Positions 10,042-18,297 of a stretch of DNA of 64,000 nucleotides are shown piece after piece; position 1 is the stretch's first letter, and each line of letters begins with the position of its first letter. The stretch covers positions 2,963 to 66,962 of the forward strand of contig DBQO01000020.1 of NCBI GenBank assembly GCA_002305275.1, given 5' to 3'. The translations under genes and the position numbers were made by a program. The notes under the pieces were generated by a model. That model ran no database searches. It was not told the origin of the DNA and was given only the letters and a program-made list of their open reading frames with translations. The DNA is from Bacteroidales bacterium UBA1392 (lineage in GTDB: Bacteria > Bacteroidota > Bacteroidia > Bacteroidales > UBA932).

Positions 10042-11124
10042 CTATTTTTTGATTGTTTTGACAAATGCTTCATAAATCTCTTCAGGAGAGGGAATAACAC
10101 CTCCCTGGCGTCCATAGAAGTGTACGGGTACGCGGCCTGCAGCTATCCTGCGTACATCTTCCACCATTTGGCCGGAATTGAGCTCCACGGACATTATAGA
10201 TTTCATCCGGGGTACAAGTGCATCAAGTGCCTTTTCAGGGTAGGGATAGAGAGTGATGGGGCGCAGTACGCCAAGTTTAATGCCATCCTCACGGGCAAGC
10301 TCCACTACATTTTCTGAAATACGGGACATACAGCCGAATGCCACTATAAGATACTCCGCATCTTCAGTCTTATAGGTCTCATATCTGACCTCCTCTGACT
10401 CAATAGTTGCATATTTGTTTTGGAGATGGATGTTGTGGCGCTCCATTATATCTGCATCAAGTGCAAGAGACGTTACTATGTTGCCTGGTCTTGATGCCGG
10501 TTTGCCAAGCGTAGCCCAGGAATCACAGAGTGTTCTTACCTCTTCGTCAGTGCGGCGAGGTTTTGCAGGGCTGAGTTCCACTTTTTCCATCATTTGCCCA
10601 ACAATACCGTCTCCTAGAATCATCACGGGGTTGCGGTATTTGAATGCGAGTTCGAATGATAAATCCACGAAGTCGTACATATCCTGTACGGAAGCGGGAG
10701 CGAGTACAATTGTCCTATAGTCACCGTGACCGCCACCCTTAGTTGCTTGAAAATAGTCACTTTGGCTGGGTTGTATTGTACCCAGACCAGGGCCTCCACG
10801 CATTACATTGACTACCAGACAGGGAAGTTCACATCCTGCAAGGTAGCTTAGTCCTTCGCACATGAGGCTGATGCCGGGGCTGCTGGATGAGGTCATAACC
10901 TTTTTGCCGCAGGAGGCTCCGCCATAGACCATATTGATCGAGGATGTTTCACTCTCAGCCTGGAGTACTACCATACCTGTAGTCTCCCAGGGTTTTTCTT
11001 GCATCAGCGTCTCCATAACCTCCGACTGGGGGGTAATGGGGTAGCCGAAATAGCCGTCGCAGCCGCAGTTTATAGCAGCGTAGGCGATGGCTTCGTTTCC
11101 TTTCATTAAGATCTTTTCTGCCAT
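10042..11124 (-). CDS. 2-oxoacid:ferredoxin oxidoreductase, alpha subunit
   Basis: About 360 aa. N-terminus MAEKILMKGNEAIAYAAI...YPITPQSE. I chose ATG 11124 over the track's GTG 11148. Confidence 0.9.
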   Translation of the reverse strand: MAEKILMKGNEAIAYAAINCGCDGYFGYPITPQSEVMETLMQEKPWETTGMVVLQAESETSSINMVYGGASCGKKVMTSSSSPGISLMCEGLSYLAGCELPCLVVNVMRGGPGLGTIQPSQSDYFQATKGGGHGDYRTIVLAPASVQDMYDFVDLSFELAFKYRNPVMILGDGIVGQMMEKVELSPAKPRRTDEEVRTLCDSWATLGKPASRPGNIVTSLALDADIMERHNIHLQNKYATIESEEVRYETYKTEDAEYLIVAFGCMSRISENVVELAREDGIKLGVLRPITLYPYPEKALDALVPRMKSIMSVELNSGQMVEDVRRIAAGRVPVHFYGRQGGVIPSPEEIYEAFVKTIKK

Positions 11125-11134
11125 ATCTGTAATT

Positions 11135-11356
11135 TTAGATTTTGACACGATAAACGGTTATTACTGCATCCGGACATACGGTAGCGCAGTTGGCGCAGCC
11201 GATGCAGTTATCCGGATTGGCCATATATAAATAATTGTAACCTTTACTATTCACCTCTTTTGCAAGGGCTATAGTGCCGGTTGGACAATTTGGGATGCAT
11301 ACTCCGCATCCTTTGCATTTCTCGGTATCTACCGTGATAGCTCCTTTGATTGCCAT
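11135..11356 (-). CDS. 2-oxoacid:ferredoxin oxidoreductase, delta subunit (2x[4Fe-4S] ferredoxin)
   Basis: 73 aa with two CxxCxxCxxxCP motifs. Confidence 0.9.
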   Translation of the reverse strand: MAIKGAITVDTEKCKGCGVCIPNCPTGTIALAKEVNSKGYNYLYMANPDNCIGCANCATVCPDAVITVYRVKI

Positions 11357-11384
11357 ATACTTTTAAGTTTTATTGGTTTTAAAT

Positions 11385-11540
11385 TTATTTGCCCGAATAA
11401 AAATTGAACCCCTTGGTGACGCCCTCGATGATCGCATGCCATCTGAAAGCAATACCGATAATGCAAATTATGCCTATCCATATAAGTGCCTTTGTGGTGT
11501 AGCTCTGGGCACGGTACCAATCGCCAATTTTTTTAAACAT
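11385..11540 (-). CDS. 51-aa single-TM small protein, below the ORF-track length cutoff
   Basis: My translation: MFKKIGDWYRAQSYTTKALIWIGIICIIGIAFRWHAIIEGVTKGFNFYSGK. The ATG lies 6 nt after the acyl-CoA synthetase stop, and the stop lies 28 nt before the delta-subunit ATG. Confidence 0.5.
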   Translation of the reverse strand: MFKKIGDWYRAQSYTTKALIWIGIICIIGIAFRWHAIIEGVTKGFNFYSGK

Positions 11541-11546
11541 AATTAC

Positions 11547-13601
11547 TTATTTTTCTATTCTAATCCTGGCATCCACTGCCGTAACGCTCTTTTGGTTGCC
11601 CATTAGAGGATTTATATCCATTTCAAATATCTCCGGAGCACAACTGCAAAGAGCAGAGACTCGGCGGATGGTTTCGTTGAAGATGGCTTCATTAACCCCC
11701 TCCTGACCGCGCACACCCTCAATAAGTTTGTAACTCCTAAGTTGGCGGATCATCTCCTTGGCCTCTATGGCAGAGATGGGGGAGATGCCATAAGAAATAT
11801 CTTTAAGTACCTCAATATAGATACCTCCGAGACCGCACATTACCAGATGGCCGAATTTATCTTCCCTCTTGGCTCCAACAAAGAGTTGAGTGCCACTGAT
11901 CATAGGCTGGAGCAGGACTCCGATGCATCCATCTATGCGCATCATACGTTTGTACTCCATTTCGAGAGTGTGGTCGTCGCTGATGTTTAGCACGACTCCA
12001 CCCACATCGCTCTTATGCACGGGACCCACCACCTTCATAACCAGTGGCCAACCTATCTCTCTAGCAGCCTCAATGGCCTTCGAGTAGGTGGAGACCACCA
12101 ATTCTTTCACCCTATTGATGCCTGCCGCATCCAGTATGTCTTGCGTTTTCTCCGGCGAGAGGTATCCATTGTCGCTATTGTCAATAATGCTACGGATTTT
12201 TTCCTTATCCACCGGGGGATTCTCATTGCTGAGAATGGGTTCGAGTGTGTTGGCTATTCTTGCAAAGCAAGAACCGAACATCACCTCTTCGGGGAATGTT
12301 ATTCCTCCTTTGTTTCTAAATTGCTCTATCTCATCTTTGGCATTCACGATAGAGGTAAGGATGGGGAATATGGGCTTTTTACAAACTTTTTGCTTTTCAA
12401 GTATTGTGTCGTATGCGTCGTTACCGGAGACCAGGCCGGGATTGCCGAATATTACCGCCATACTATCCACATCGAAATCATGCTCACAGACATCTATGAT
12501 CTTGCCAAGTTGGGAGGCAGTACCGGTGGCAAGAAAGTCTATTGGGTTGGAGACTGAAGAACCGGGGTAGAGTTCTTTGAGAAGCGCCTTAGCCTTCTCC
12601 CCCTCAAAATGAGGAATTTCTATATCATTGGAAGAGAGCACGTCGGTGAGCATTACGGCAGGACCGCCGGCGTGAGTGATGAGGGCCATCTTACGACCTT
12701 TGACCTTGTTGAACATCAGTATGGCGGCGGTAGTTACAAGTTCCATGCGACTGAAGCATCTGATAATACCGGCCTTACGGAAGAGTGCACTTACAGCCTT
12801 ATCGGGAGAGGCCATAGCACCGGTATGTGAGGATGCGGCACGAGATCCCGCTTCGCTATACCCTGATTTGATAGCTACTACCCTTGCACCCTTACGGTAT
12901 AGGGAATATGCATGTTTAAGAAGCTTCTGAGGATCATTTATGCTTTCGATATAGAGCATCTTGACCGGCGCGCTTTTGCCATGCACATAGGATTGGTCAT
13001 AATACTCGAGCATATCTTCCACTCCGATCTGAGCCGAATTGCCGATGGAAAAAATAGATGCGAACTTCAATCCGAGCTGTATTGCCAGCTCCAGGATAAA
13101 TACGATGGTGGCTCCGGAGCCCGATACGAAATCAATACCTGTAGGGGAGAGTCTTGGAACAGGCTTGATGAAGACTCCTGTATAGGCGGGGGTGATTACT
13201 CCGACACAATTGGGTCCTATAAGTGCTGCTCCTACGTCGTTTGTCATCTCGACGATCCTCCGTTCGTATTCCGCTCCCTCTTTGCCGTCTTCGGCAAATC
13301 CTGCCGAAACTATAATGATGGCTCCGCAGTTTTTTTTGTAGCAAAGCGTTTCAACTGCACTCACACAAAATTGTGCGGGTATGGCAAGAATGGCAAGATC
13401 AACTTCGGGGATCCCATCTATGGTGAGGAATGTTCTGCAGCCCCTGATTTCTCCGGAAGCTTTGGGGTTAACTACGTAAATATTTCCCTGAAACCGTGTA
13501 GAAAGGAGGTTTTCGAGAATAGCTCCCCCGGGCTTGTGGATGTCATCACTACCCCCTACAACGACAATGGTCTTAGGCGAAATCAGCTGTTTTGTGATCA
13601 T
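11547..13601 (-). CDS. ADP-forming acetyl/acyl-CoA synthetase (fused CoA-binding, CoA-ligase and ATP-grasp domains)
   Basis: About 684 aa. N-terminal CoA-binding fold (IVVVGGSDD..KPGG), an internal succinyl-CoA-synthetase-like part, and a C-terminal ATP-grasp. I chose ATG 13601 over the track's TTG 13610. Confidence 0.85.
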   Translation of the reverse strand: MITKQLISPKTIVVVGGSDDIHKPGGAILENLLSTRFQGNIYVVNPKASGEIRGCRTFLTIDGIPEVDLAILAIPAQFCVSAVETLCYKKNCGAIIIVSAGFAEDGKEGAEYERRIVEMTNDVGAALIGPNCVGVITPAYTGVFIKPVPRLSPTGIDFVSGSGATIVFILELAIQLGLKFASIFSIGNSAQIGVEDMLEYYDQSYVHGKSAPVKMLYIESINDPQKLLKHAYSLYRKGARVVAIKSGYSEAGSRAASSHTGAMASPDKAVSALFRKAGIIRCFSRMELVTTAAILMFNKVKGRKMALITHAGGPAVMLTDVLSSNDIEIPHFEGEKAKALLKELYPGSSVSNPIDFLATGTASQLGKIIDVCEHDFDVDSMAVIFGNPGLVSGNDAYDTILEKQKVCKKPIFPILTSIVNAKDEIEQFRNKGGITFPEEVMFGSCFARIANTLEPILSNENPPVDKEKIRSIIDNSDNGYLSPEKTQDILDAAGINRVKELVVSTYSKAIEAAREIGWPLVMKVVGPVHKSDVGGVVLNISDDHTLEMEYKRMMRIDGCIGVLLQPMISGTQLFVGAKREDKFGHLVMCGLGGIYIEVLKDISYGISPISAIEAKEMIRQLRSYKLIEGVRGQEGVNEAIFNETIRRVSALCSCAPEIFEMDINPLMGNQKSVTAVDARIRIEK

Positions 13602-13621
13602 AGCTTCCAAATTTTACTATG

Positions 13622-13629
13622 CAAAGTTA
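13622..13629 (-). promoter_or_regulatory. candidate -7 promoter box for the acyl-CoA synthetase/oxidoreductase operon
   Basis: The minus strand reads TAACTTTG (TAnnTTTG), 20 nt upstream of ATG 13601. Confidence 0.35.
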
Positions 13630-13773
13630 TAAATTATTATCGAAAATATCAATAATAATTCAAAATCTACAAATAAATATGCTTTTAATTGCAAATTGTA
13701 ACCAATAGCCCCGATTTTGGTAATACTTGCTGAATAAATGTACTATTATAGTGACAATATGGATCTTATTTGT

Positions 13774-13781
13774 TATATTTG
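13774..13781 (+). promoter_or_regulatory. candidate -7 promoter box for mtaD
   Basis: TATATTTG, 21 nt upstream of ATG 13803. Confidence 0.35.
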
Positions 13782-13802
13782 TCAAATTTTAGATATTAAC
13801 TT

Positions 13803-15062
13803 ATGGGTACCATTTTGCTTAAACACGCTATCTTGAAAGGTAAACAAAAGGATATCCTCATAAAAGGGAATAGGATTGCGGTCATAGCAGACTCAATTCC
13901 TGTGAGGGCGGCGAGAGAAATTGATTGTACGGGAAAGAGTGTCACCCCGGGTTTTATCAACATGCACACTCATTCGGCGATGTCACTGCTGCGTGGCATC
14001 TCTGAAGATGTCCCGCTGACAGAGTGGCTCAATAACATTTGGTCGATTGAAAAACACCTTCAAAAAGAATATGTCTACTGGGGAGCAAAACTTGCAATTC
14101 TCGAAATGATAAAAACCGGCACCACCTGTTTTTTGGATATGTATTGGATGTCACCTCAGGTGGCTCAGGCAGTAGAGGAGATGGGTATAAGAGGAGTTTT
14201 GACCTATGTTTTCCTTGACAACTACGATACTGAAAAGTCTGAAAAGCAGAAGTCCGAATGTATTCGTATTCATGGCTATTCTAAAGAGTGGCACAAACGA
14301 TGCAAATTCGGAGTCTCCATTCACGCCGACTATACTGTTTCTCCACATACGATGGTATGGGCTTCAGGGTTTGCTAAAGAGAATGGCCTGATAATCAATA
14401 CACACATATCAGAGACTGAGAAGGAGGTGCTTTCAGATAAAGAAAAATATGGTAAGACACCGGTAGCTTTTTACGACTCTCTAGGCATCCTTGATTCCAA
14501 TGTCATCGCCGCTCATGCGTTATGGCTTGAGGATGAGGATATAGAGATTTTTGCCAAACGAGGCGTTACGGCAGTCCATAACGTCAATTCCAACTTGAAA
14601 CTAGGCTCGGGCTATAGGTTCAGATACGGTGACTTAAAGGCTGCGGGAGTTAATGTCTGTCTTGGTACTGACGGAGCAGCTTCTTCCAACAATCTCGATA
14701 TGCGCGAAAGCATGAAGACCATGTCCCTTTTGCAAAAAGGTTGGACGGGAGATACCACAATTCTGCCTCTTAATGAGCTTATGGATGTGGCTACTATCAA
14801 CGGCGCCCGTGCTTTGGGTATAGATACCGGCAGAATAGAGGAGGGAGCACTTGCTGATCTGGTATTGGTGGAGACTCGTTCAGAAGCATTTATCCCGAAT
14901 ATCAATTTTGAAAGCAATTTCATCTACTCAGCCAACAGCTCTTGTATTGACACAGTAATTTGTGATGGCAATATCCTGATGGAAGGGGGCAAGGTCGCCG
15001 GAGAGGAGCAATTATTGGAAAAAGCTGATGAAATGGCTTGGAAACTCATAAACGCAACATGA
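13803..15062 (+). CDS. mtaD: amidohydrolase, 5'-methylthioadenosine/S-adenosylhomocysteine deaminase-like
   Basis: 419 aa. The HxH metal motif ([13 protein letters not shown]) and overall layout are typical of MtaD. The genomic context (PNP, mtnA) supports the call. Confidence 0.7.
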   Translation: MGTILLKHAILKGKQKDILIKGNRIAVIADSIPVRAAREIDCTGKSVTPGFINMHTHSAMSLLRGISEDVPLTEWLNNIWSIEKHLQKEYVYWGAKLAILEMIKTGTTCFLDMYWMSPQVAQAVEEMGIRGVLTYVFLDNYDTEKSEKQKSECIRIHGYSKEWHKRCKFGVSIHADYTVSPHTMVWASGFAKENGLIINTHISETEKEVLSDKEKYGKTPVAFYDSLGILDSNVIAAHALWLEDEDIEIFAKRGVTAVHNVNSNLKLGSGYRFRYGDLKAAGVNVCLGTDGAASSNNLDMRESMKTMSLLQKGWTGDTTILPLNELMDVATINGARALGIDTGRIEEGALADLVLVETRSEAFIPNINFESNFIYSANSSCIDTVICDGNILMEGGKVAGEEQLLEKADEMAWKLINAT

Positions 15063-15889
15063 TGGATCAAAGACTTAAAGCAATTTACGAAGCTGCCGAC
15101 TATATTCGTGAGCGTACAGGTGGATTTGTCCCTAAAGTGGGCATCATTCTTGGCAGCGGCCTTGGCAAACTTGCCGATTCAATAGAGAATCCGATAATTA
15201 TCCCTTACGCTGAAATACCGCGTTTTTCGCGCTCCACGGCTATAGGTCATAAAGGCAACCTGATTCTTGGCACCATTGCCGGGAAGCCTGTATGCGCCAT
15301 GCAGGGAAGGTTTCACTATTATGAAGGTTATCCTATGGATCAGGTAACCTTACCCGTTAGAGTTATGAAAGTACTCGGGATCGAGTATCTTTTTGTCTCG
15401 AATGCAGCAGGAGGAGTCAATTTGGATTATAAAGTGGGTGACTTGATGATTATAAGCGATCACATCAATCGTCTCCCTAATCCTCTCGTGGGACCCAATC
15501 TCGACCAATTCGGGCCACGTTTCCCTGACATGACGCGTCCTTACGACCTCAATCTTATCCGCAAAGCGGAAAATATCGCCGAAAAGGAAGGTATCAAACT
15601 CTTCAAGGGAGTCTATTTGGCCGGTAGCGGTCCCTCTTACGAGACTCCTGCCGAGTATCGATTTTTCCGTATGATTGGGGCGGATGCCATTGGGATGTCC
15701 ACCATTCCGGAGGTCATAGTAGCCCGACACATGGATCTTCCCGTATTCGGCATGTCTGTCATTACGAATGAAGCCCATGGCGATTTCGCAGAAGATTTTG
15801 TAAATGACGGTGATGATGTGGTAAGGGTGGCAGATGCAGCTGCGGGTACCATGACATATCTTTTCAGTAAACTAATAGGATCACTATAA
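15059..15889 (+). CDS. purine nucleoside phosphorylase, PunA type (possible methylthioinosine phosphorylase)
   Basis: [15 protein letters not shown] and GMSTIPE motifs. ATG 15059 overlaps the mtaD stop (ATGA). The track's 15038 start is an upstream extension. Confidence 0.85.
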   Translation: MMDQRLKAIYEAADYIRERTGGFVPKVGIILGSGLGKLADSIENPIIIPYAEIPRFSRSTAIGHKGNLILGTIAGKPVCAMQGRFHYYEGYPMDQVTLPVRVMKVLGIEYLFVSNAAGGVNLDYKVGDLMIISDHINRLPNPLVGPNLDQFGPRFPDMTRPYDLNLIRKAENIAEKEGIKLFKGVYLAGSGPSYETPAEYRFFRMIGADAIGMSTIPEVIVARHMDLPVFGMSVITNEAHGDFAEDFVNDGDDVVRVADAAAGTMTYLFSKLIGSL

Positions 15890-16959
15890 TGTTGACAACA
15901 ATTTTTCCATACGATTCAGTGGAGTTGAGTTCCAATGGTCGTGAAGTGATAATACTTGACCAGTCTTTGCTTCCCAATCAGGAGAAATTTCTTCACCTGA
16001 CTACGGCAGAGCAGGTCTTTTTTGCCATCACTCTGATGAAGGTACGCGGTGCGCCTGCCATAGGTATTGCCGCGGCTTTCGGCTTGGCAATGTCAATCAA
16101 CAGGTCAAAATATAGGGAACTTGCCACTTTCGAAAAAGAATTTCTTCGTACAAAACGCTATCTATATATATCACGTCCTACGGCTGTCAATCTTATGTGG
16201 GCTTTGGACCGCATGGAGGATTGCTTTTACAAGGTCAAAAACAGTATAGACGATACTGACCAAACGGTAATAGACATCATAAAAAACGCCCTTATTGCTG
16301 AAGCGCGCTCCATTAAGGTTGAAGAGACCAGAATGTCGGTAGCTATTGCAGAGCATGGTGTATCATTGCTTACTCATGGCTGCGGTGTTCTAACTCACTG
16401 TAATGCCGGTCACCTGGCTACTTCTCGCTATGGCACGGCTTTGAGCCCGATTTATCTCGCTCACCAGAGGGGCTATTCTCCAATGGTCTACGTAGATGAG
16501 ACCAGACCATTATTGCAGGGAGCCCGCCTTACTGCCTATGAACTGATGAAAGCAGGGATAGACGTCACTCTTATTTGTGATAACATGTCCTCGATAGTTA
16601 TGAGTCAAAAGAGGGTGGACTCCGTTTTTGTCGGCTGCGACCGCGTAGCTGCCAATGGAGATGTTGCAAATAAAGTAGGTACCAGCGGTCTTGCCATTCT
16701 GGCAAAACATTACGGTGTGCCCTTTTATGTCTTTGGACCTTCCAGTACGATAGATTTTGATTGTGCTTCAGGCAGGGATATCGTTATTGAGGAGCGTCCC
16801 TCGTACGAGATGACGGACATGTATTTCAACAAGCCCATTGCCCCCAAGGGTACGAAGGTATTCAACCCTTCATTTGATATAACACCGGCAGAATTCATCA
16901 CCGGCATCGTTACAGAGAAAGGCATATTCAAGCCTGAGGAAATAACCAATATGAAATAG
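15889..16959 (+). CDS. mtnA: S-methyl-5-thioribose-1-phosphate isomerase
   Basis: 356 aa of the eIF-2B alpha/beta/delta-like family (VRGAPAIG, THCNAG, VGCDRVAANGD). The start overlaps the PNP stop (TAATG). Confidence 0.85.
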   Translation: MLTTIFPYDSVELSSNGREVIILDQSLLPNQEKFLHLTTAEQVFFAITLMKVRGAPAIGIAAAFGLAMSINRSKYRELATFEKEFLRTKRYLYISRPTAVNLMWALDRMEDCFYKVKNSIDDTDQTVIDIIKNALIAEARSIKVEETRMSVAIAEHGVSLLTHGCGVLTHCNAGHLATSRYGTALSPIYLAHQRGYSPMVYVDETRPLLQGARLTAYELMKAGIDVTLICDNMSSIVMSQKRVDSVFVGCDRVAANGDVANKVGTSGLAILAKHYGVPFYVFGPSSTIDFDCASGRDIVIEERPSYEMTDMYFNKPIAPKGTKVFNPSFDITPAEFITGIVTEKGIFKPEEITNMK

Positions 16960-16962
16960 GCT

Positions 16963-17763
16963 ATGGTGAGATTTTTAAGTCTCTCCAGTGGCAGCAATGC
17001 AAACTGTTATTATATTGGCAATGGCAATATGGGATTGCTGATTGATCTTGGTGTCGGTGTCAGAACTCTTAAAAAGCGTCTTGCCGAACATGCCATATCA
17101 TTTGACAATATTGACATGGTCCTGATTACTCACGACCATATTGACCATATTCGTAGTCTTGGTTCTTTCACGGAACGCTATAAAAAACCTGTTTTTGCTA
17201 CGGAAACCCTTCATAAAGCCTTACACACTCACTTCTGTACCCGAGGTTCTCATTCCGGTTGTGTCAATATCTTGGAGGAAGATGTATGCTACAGATACGG
17301 CGATATCGGGATAACAGCCTTTTCGGTTCCTCACGATGCCACTCAGACTTTGGGTTACCACATAGATTTTGAGGGCGTAAAGTTTACTTTTCTAACAGAT
17401 ATGGGACATCCCACGGATAAGGCGGTACAATATGCCTCCAAAGCCAACCATCTTATCGTAGAGGCAAATTATGATATAGATATGTTGTTGAGAGGACCAT
17501 ATCCCAAAAGCCTGAAAATGCGAATTCTTGAGGACACCGGCCATCTGTCGAATGATCAGACGGCCTCACTGGTCAGGAGAGCATTCCACCCTGAACTAAA
17601 AAGTATACATCTGGCGCATCTGAGTCATATTAATAACACTCCAAAACTGGCAATACATACAGTCAAAGATGCACTTTGCGAGATAGGCGTCAGGGTGGGA
17701 GAGGATGTGTTCCTGAATTGTTTGCCGCGTACCGACTCCTCTGAAATGATGGAATGTTCATAA
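16963..17763 (+). CDS. MBL-fold metallo-hydrolase (YycJ-like)
   Basis: 266 aa. LSSGSNANCYYI...LIDLG and HDHIDH motifs. Starts 3 nt after the mtnA stop. Confidence 0.8.
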   Translation: MVRFLSLSSGSNANCYYIGNGNMGLLIDLGVGVRTLKKRLAEHAISFDNIDMVLITHDHIDHIRSLGSFTERYKKPVFATETLHKALHTHFCTRGSHSGCVNILEEDVCYRYGDIGITAFSVPHDATQTLGYHIDFEGVKFTFLTDMGHPTDKAVQYASKANHLIVEANYDIDMLLRGPYPKSLKMRILEDTGHLSNDQTASLVRRAFHPELKSIHLAHLSHINNTPKLAIHTVKDALCEIGVRVGEDVFLNCLPRTDSSEMMECS

Positions 17764-17801
17764 CTTCTCAGATAGATTTATCGTATCGGCATAATTTTAG
17801 T

Positions 17802-17809
17802 TATATTTG
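17802..17809 (+). promoter_or_regulatory. candidate -7 promoter box
   Basis: TATATTTG, 42 nt upstream of ATG 17852. Confidence 0.35.
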
Positions 17810-17851
17810 CAGCAATAGAGAAAGAATTCGTAACCATAAAACAACAACAAT

Positions 17852-18250
17852 ATGAAAAAGATAATTCTGGCATTGTCGCTCTTGATTGCCGTAAGCCTAT
17901 TCACTTCGTGTGTTGACGAATACCCTGATTCAGACCTTTTGTTAGGTGCATGGTCTTCGTACGAGTGTTTCAAGCAAGGAGCAGAGCCTTTTTCTTATAC
18001 CCTTGAAAGATATCTATTTACAGAGGATGGTTATGTGGCTTTTTATGACAGAAGCGAATTCCAATTCAAGCTCCCTTATGGCTATAATGCTACTACGGGA
18101 ATTCTTGCAATTATGGATGGCACCGATGAGCAAGGCAATAAATTAACAATAGAGTATCCGGCCGTAATCGAATATGTTGAAACTGTCAAATCAGACGTTC
18201 TGACAATTTCTTATGGTGACGGATATACTATACGCTATCGCAAGCGATAG
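17852..18250 (+). CDS. small lipoprotein, lipocalin-like, hypothetical
   Basis: 132 aa with lipobox LFTSC. Confidence 0.6.
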   Translation: MKKIILALSLLIAVSLFTSCVDEYPDSDLLLGAWSSYECFKQGAEPFSYTLERYLFTEDGYVAFYDRSEFQFKLPYGYNATTGILAIMDGTDEQGNKLTIEYPAVIEYVETVKSDVLTISYGDGYTIRYRKR

Positions 18251-18251
18251 G

Positions 18252-18286
18252 GTAGTGTGTAGTGTGTAGTGTGTAGTGTGTAGTGT
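18252..18286 (+). repeat. perfect (GTAGTGT)x5 tandem repeat filling the convergent spacer
   Basis: Read directly. Begins 1 nt after the TAG stop at 18248-18250 and ends 11 nt before the stop of the minus-strand peptidase gene. Confidence 0.95.
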
Positions 18287-18297
18287 AGAACTCGGGA

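Noticed and set aside
12912-13655. 247-aa plus-strand ORF, with similar long shadows at 6649-7491 (-), 53866-54786 (+) and 46259-46819 (+)
   Set aside because: They run antisense to strongly supported genes (acyl-CoA synthetase, rny, relA/spoT, carA) and have no motifs.
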